DNA of 64,000 nucleotides from contig CM126235.1 in NCBI GenBank assembly GCA_052327205.1, forward strand, positions 7,316,001 to 7,380,000. Reading direction: 5' to 3'. This document shows positions 63,974-64,000 of this stretch, in pieces. Both the position numbers and the translations under genes were made by a program. This DNA comes from Somniosus microcephalus (lineage: Eukaryota). The notes beneath the pieces were generated by a model, which saw nothing but the letters and a program-made list of their open reading frames with translations, did no database searches and had not been told where the DNA came from. The first letter of the stretch is position 1. Each line of letters begins with the position of its first letter.

Positions 63974-64000
63974 AGCCCCTTGCACTTGTCGGTGATCATG
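63974..64000 (+). CDS. nfkbia: IkB-alpha-like exon 3, partial (runs off window), ankyrin repeat 2
   Basis: T-rich tract plus ccAG, then SPLHLSVIM in phase 0, resembling the ankyrin TPLHLAVI motif. Confidence 0.85.

Overview
Eukaryotic genomic DNA from a cartilaginous fish (shark-like), judged from its V-SINE/HE1, Deu-SINE (SacSINE1-like), CR1, L2, RTE and Penelope repeats; it has two N gaps. Two spliced protein-coding genes lie head-to-head. (1) On the minus strand is a BTBD7-family gene with nine coding exons between 1624 and 48598. They are phase-consistent and encode about 1,160 aa ending YKKSAL*, and one intron uses a GC-AG donor. The short first coding exon was not found. (2) On the plus strand is the 5' part of an IkB-alpha (NFKBIA)-like gene: exons 55046-55296, 61169-61268 and 63974->64000, with a DSGIDS degron, an NES-like motif, ankyrin repeats and kB-site clusters. 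Both proteins look more diverged from my recollection of the human proteins than expected for shark orthologues, so they may be a linked pair of paralogues (ohnologues). Most other ORFs in the track are retroelement fragments. Notable non-genic items are a short hAT-type MITE family with 8-bp TSDs and an NRF1-like palindrome, two related solo LTRs, Penelope-derived minimal hammerhead ribozyme motifs, a perfect 32-bp hairpin, and a young-looking RTE-X-like LINE next to a gap. Repeat boundaries are approximate and family names come from recall, not database searches.
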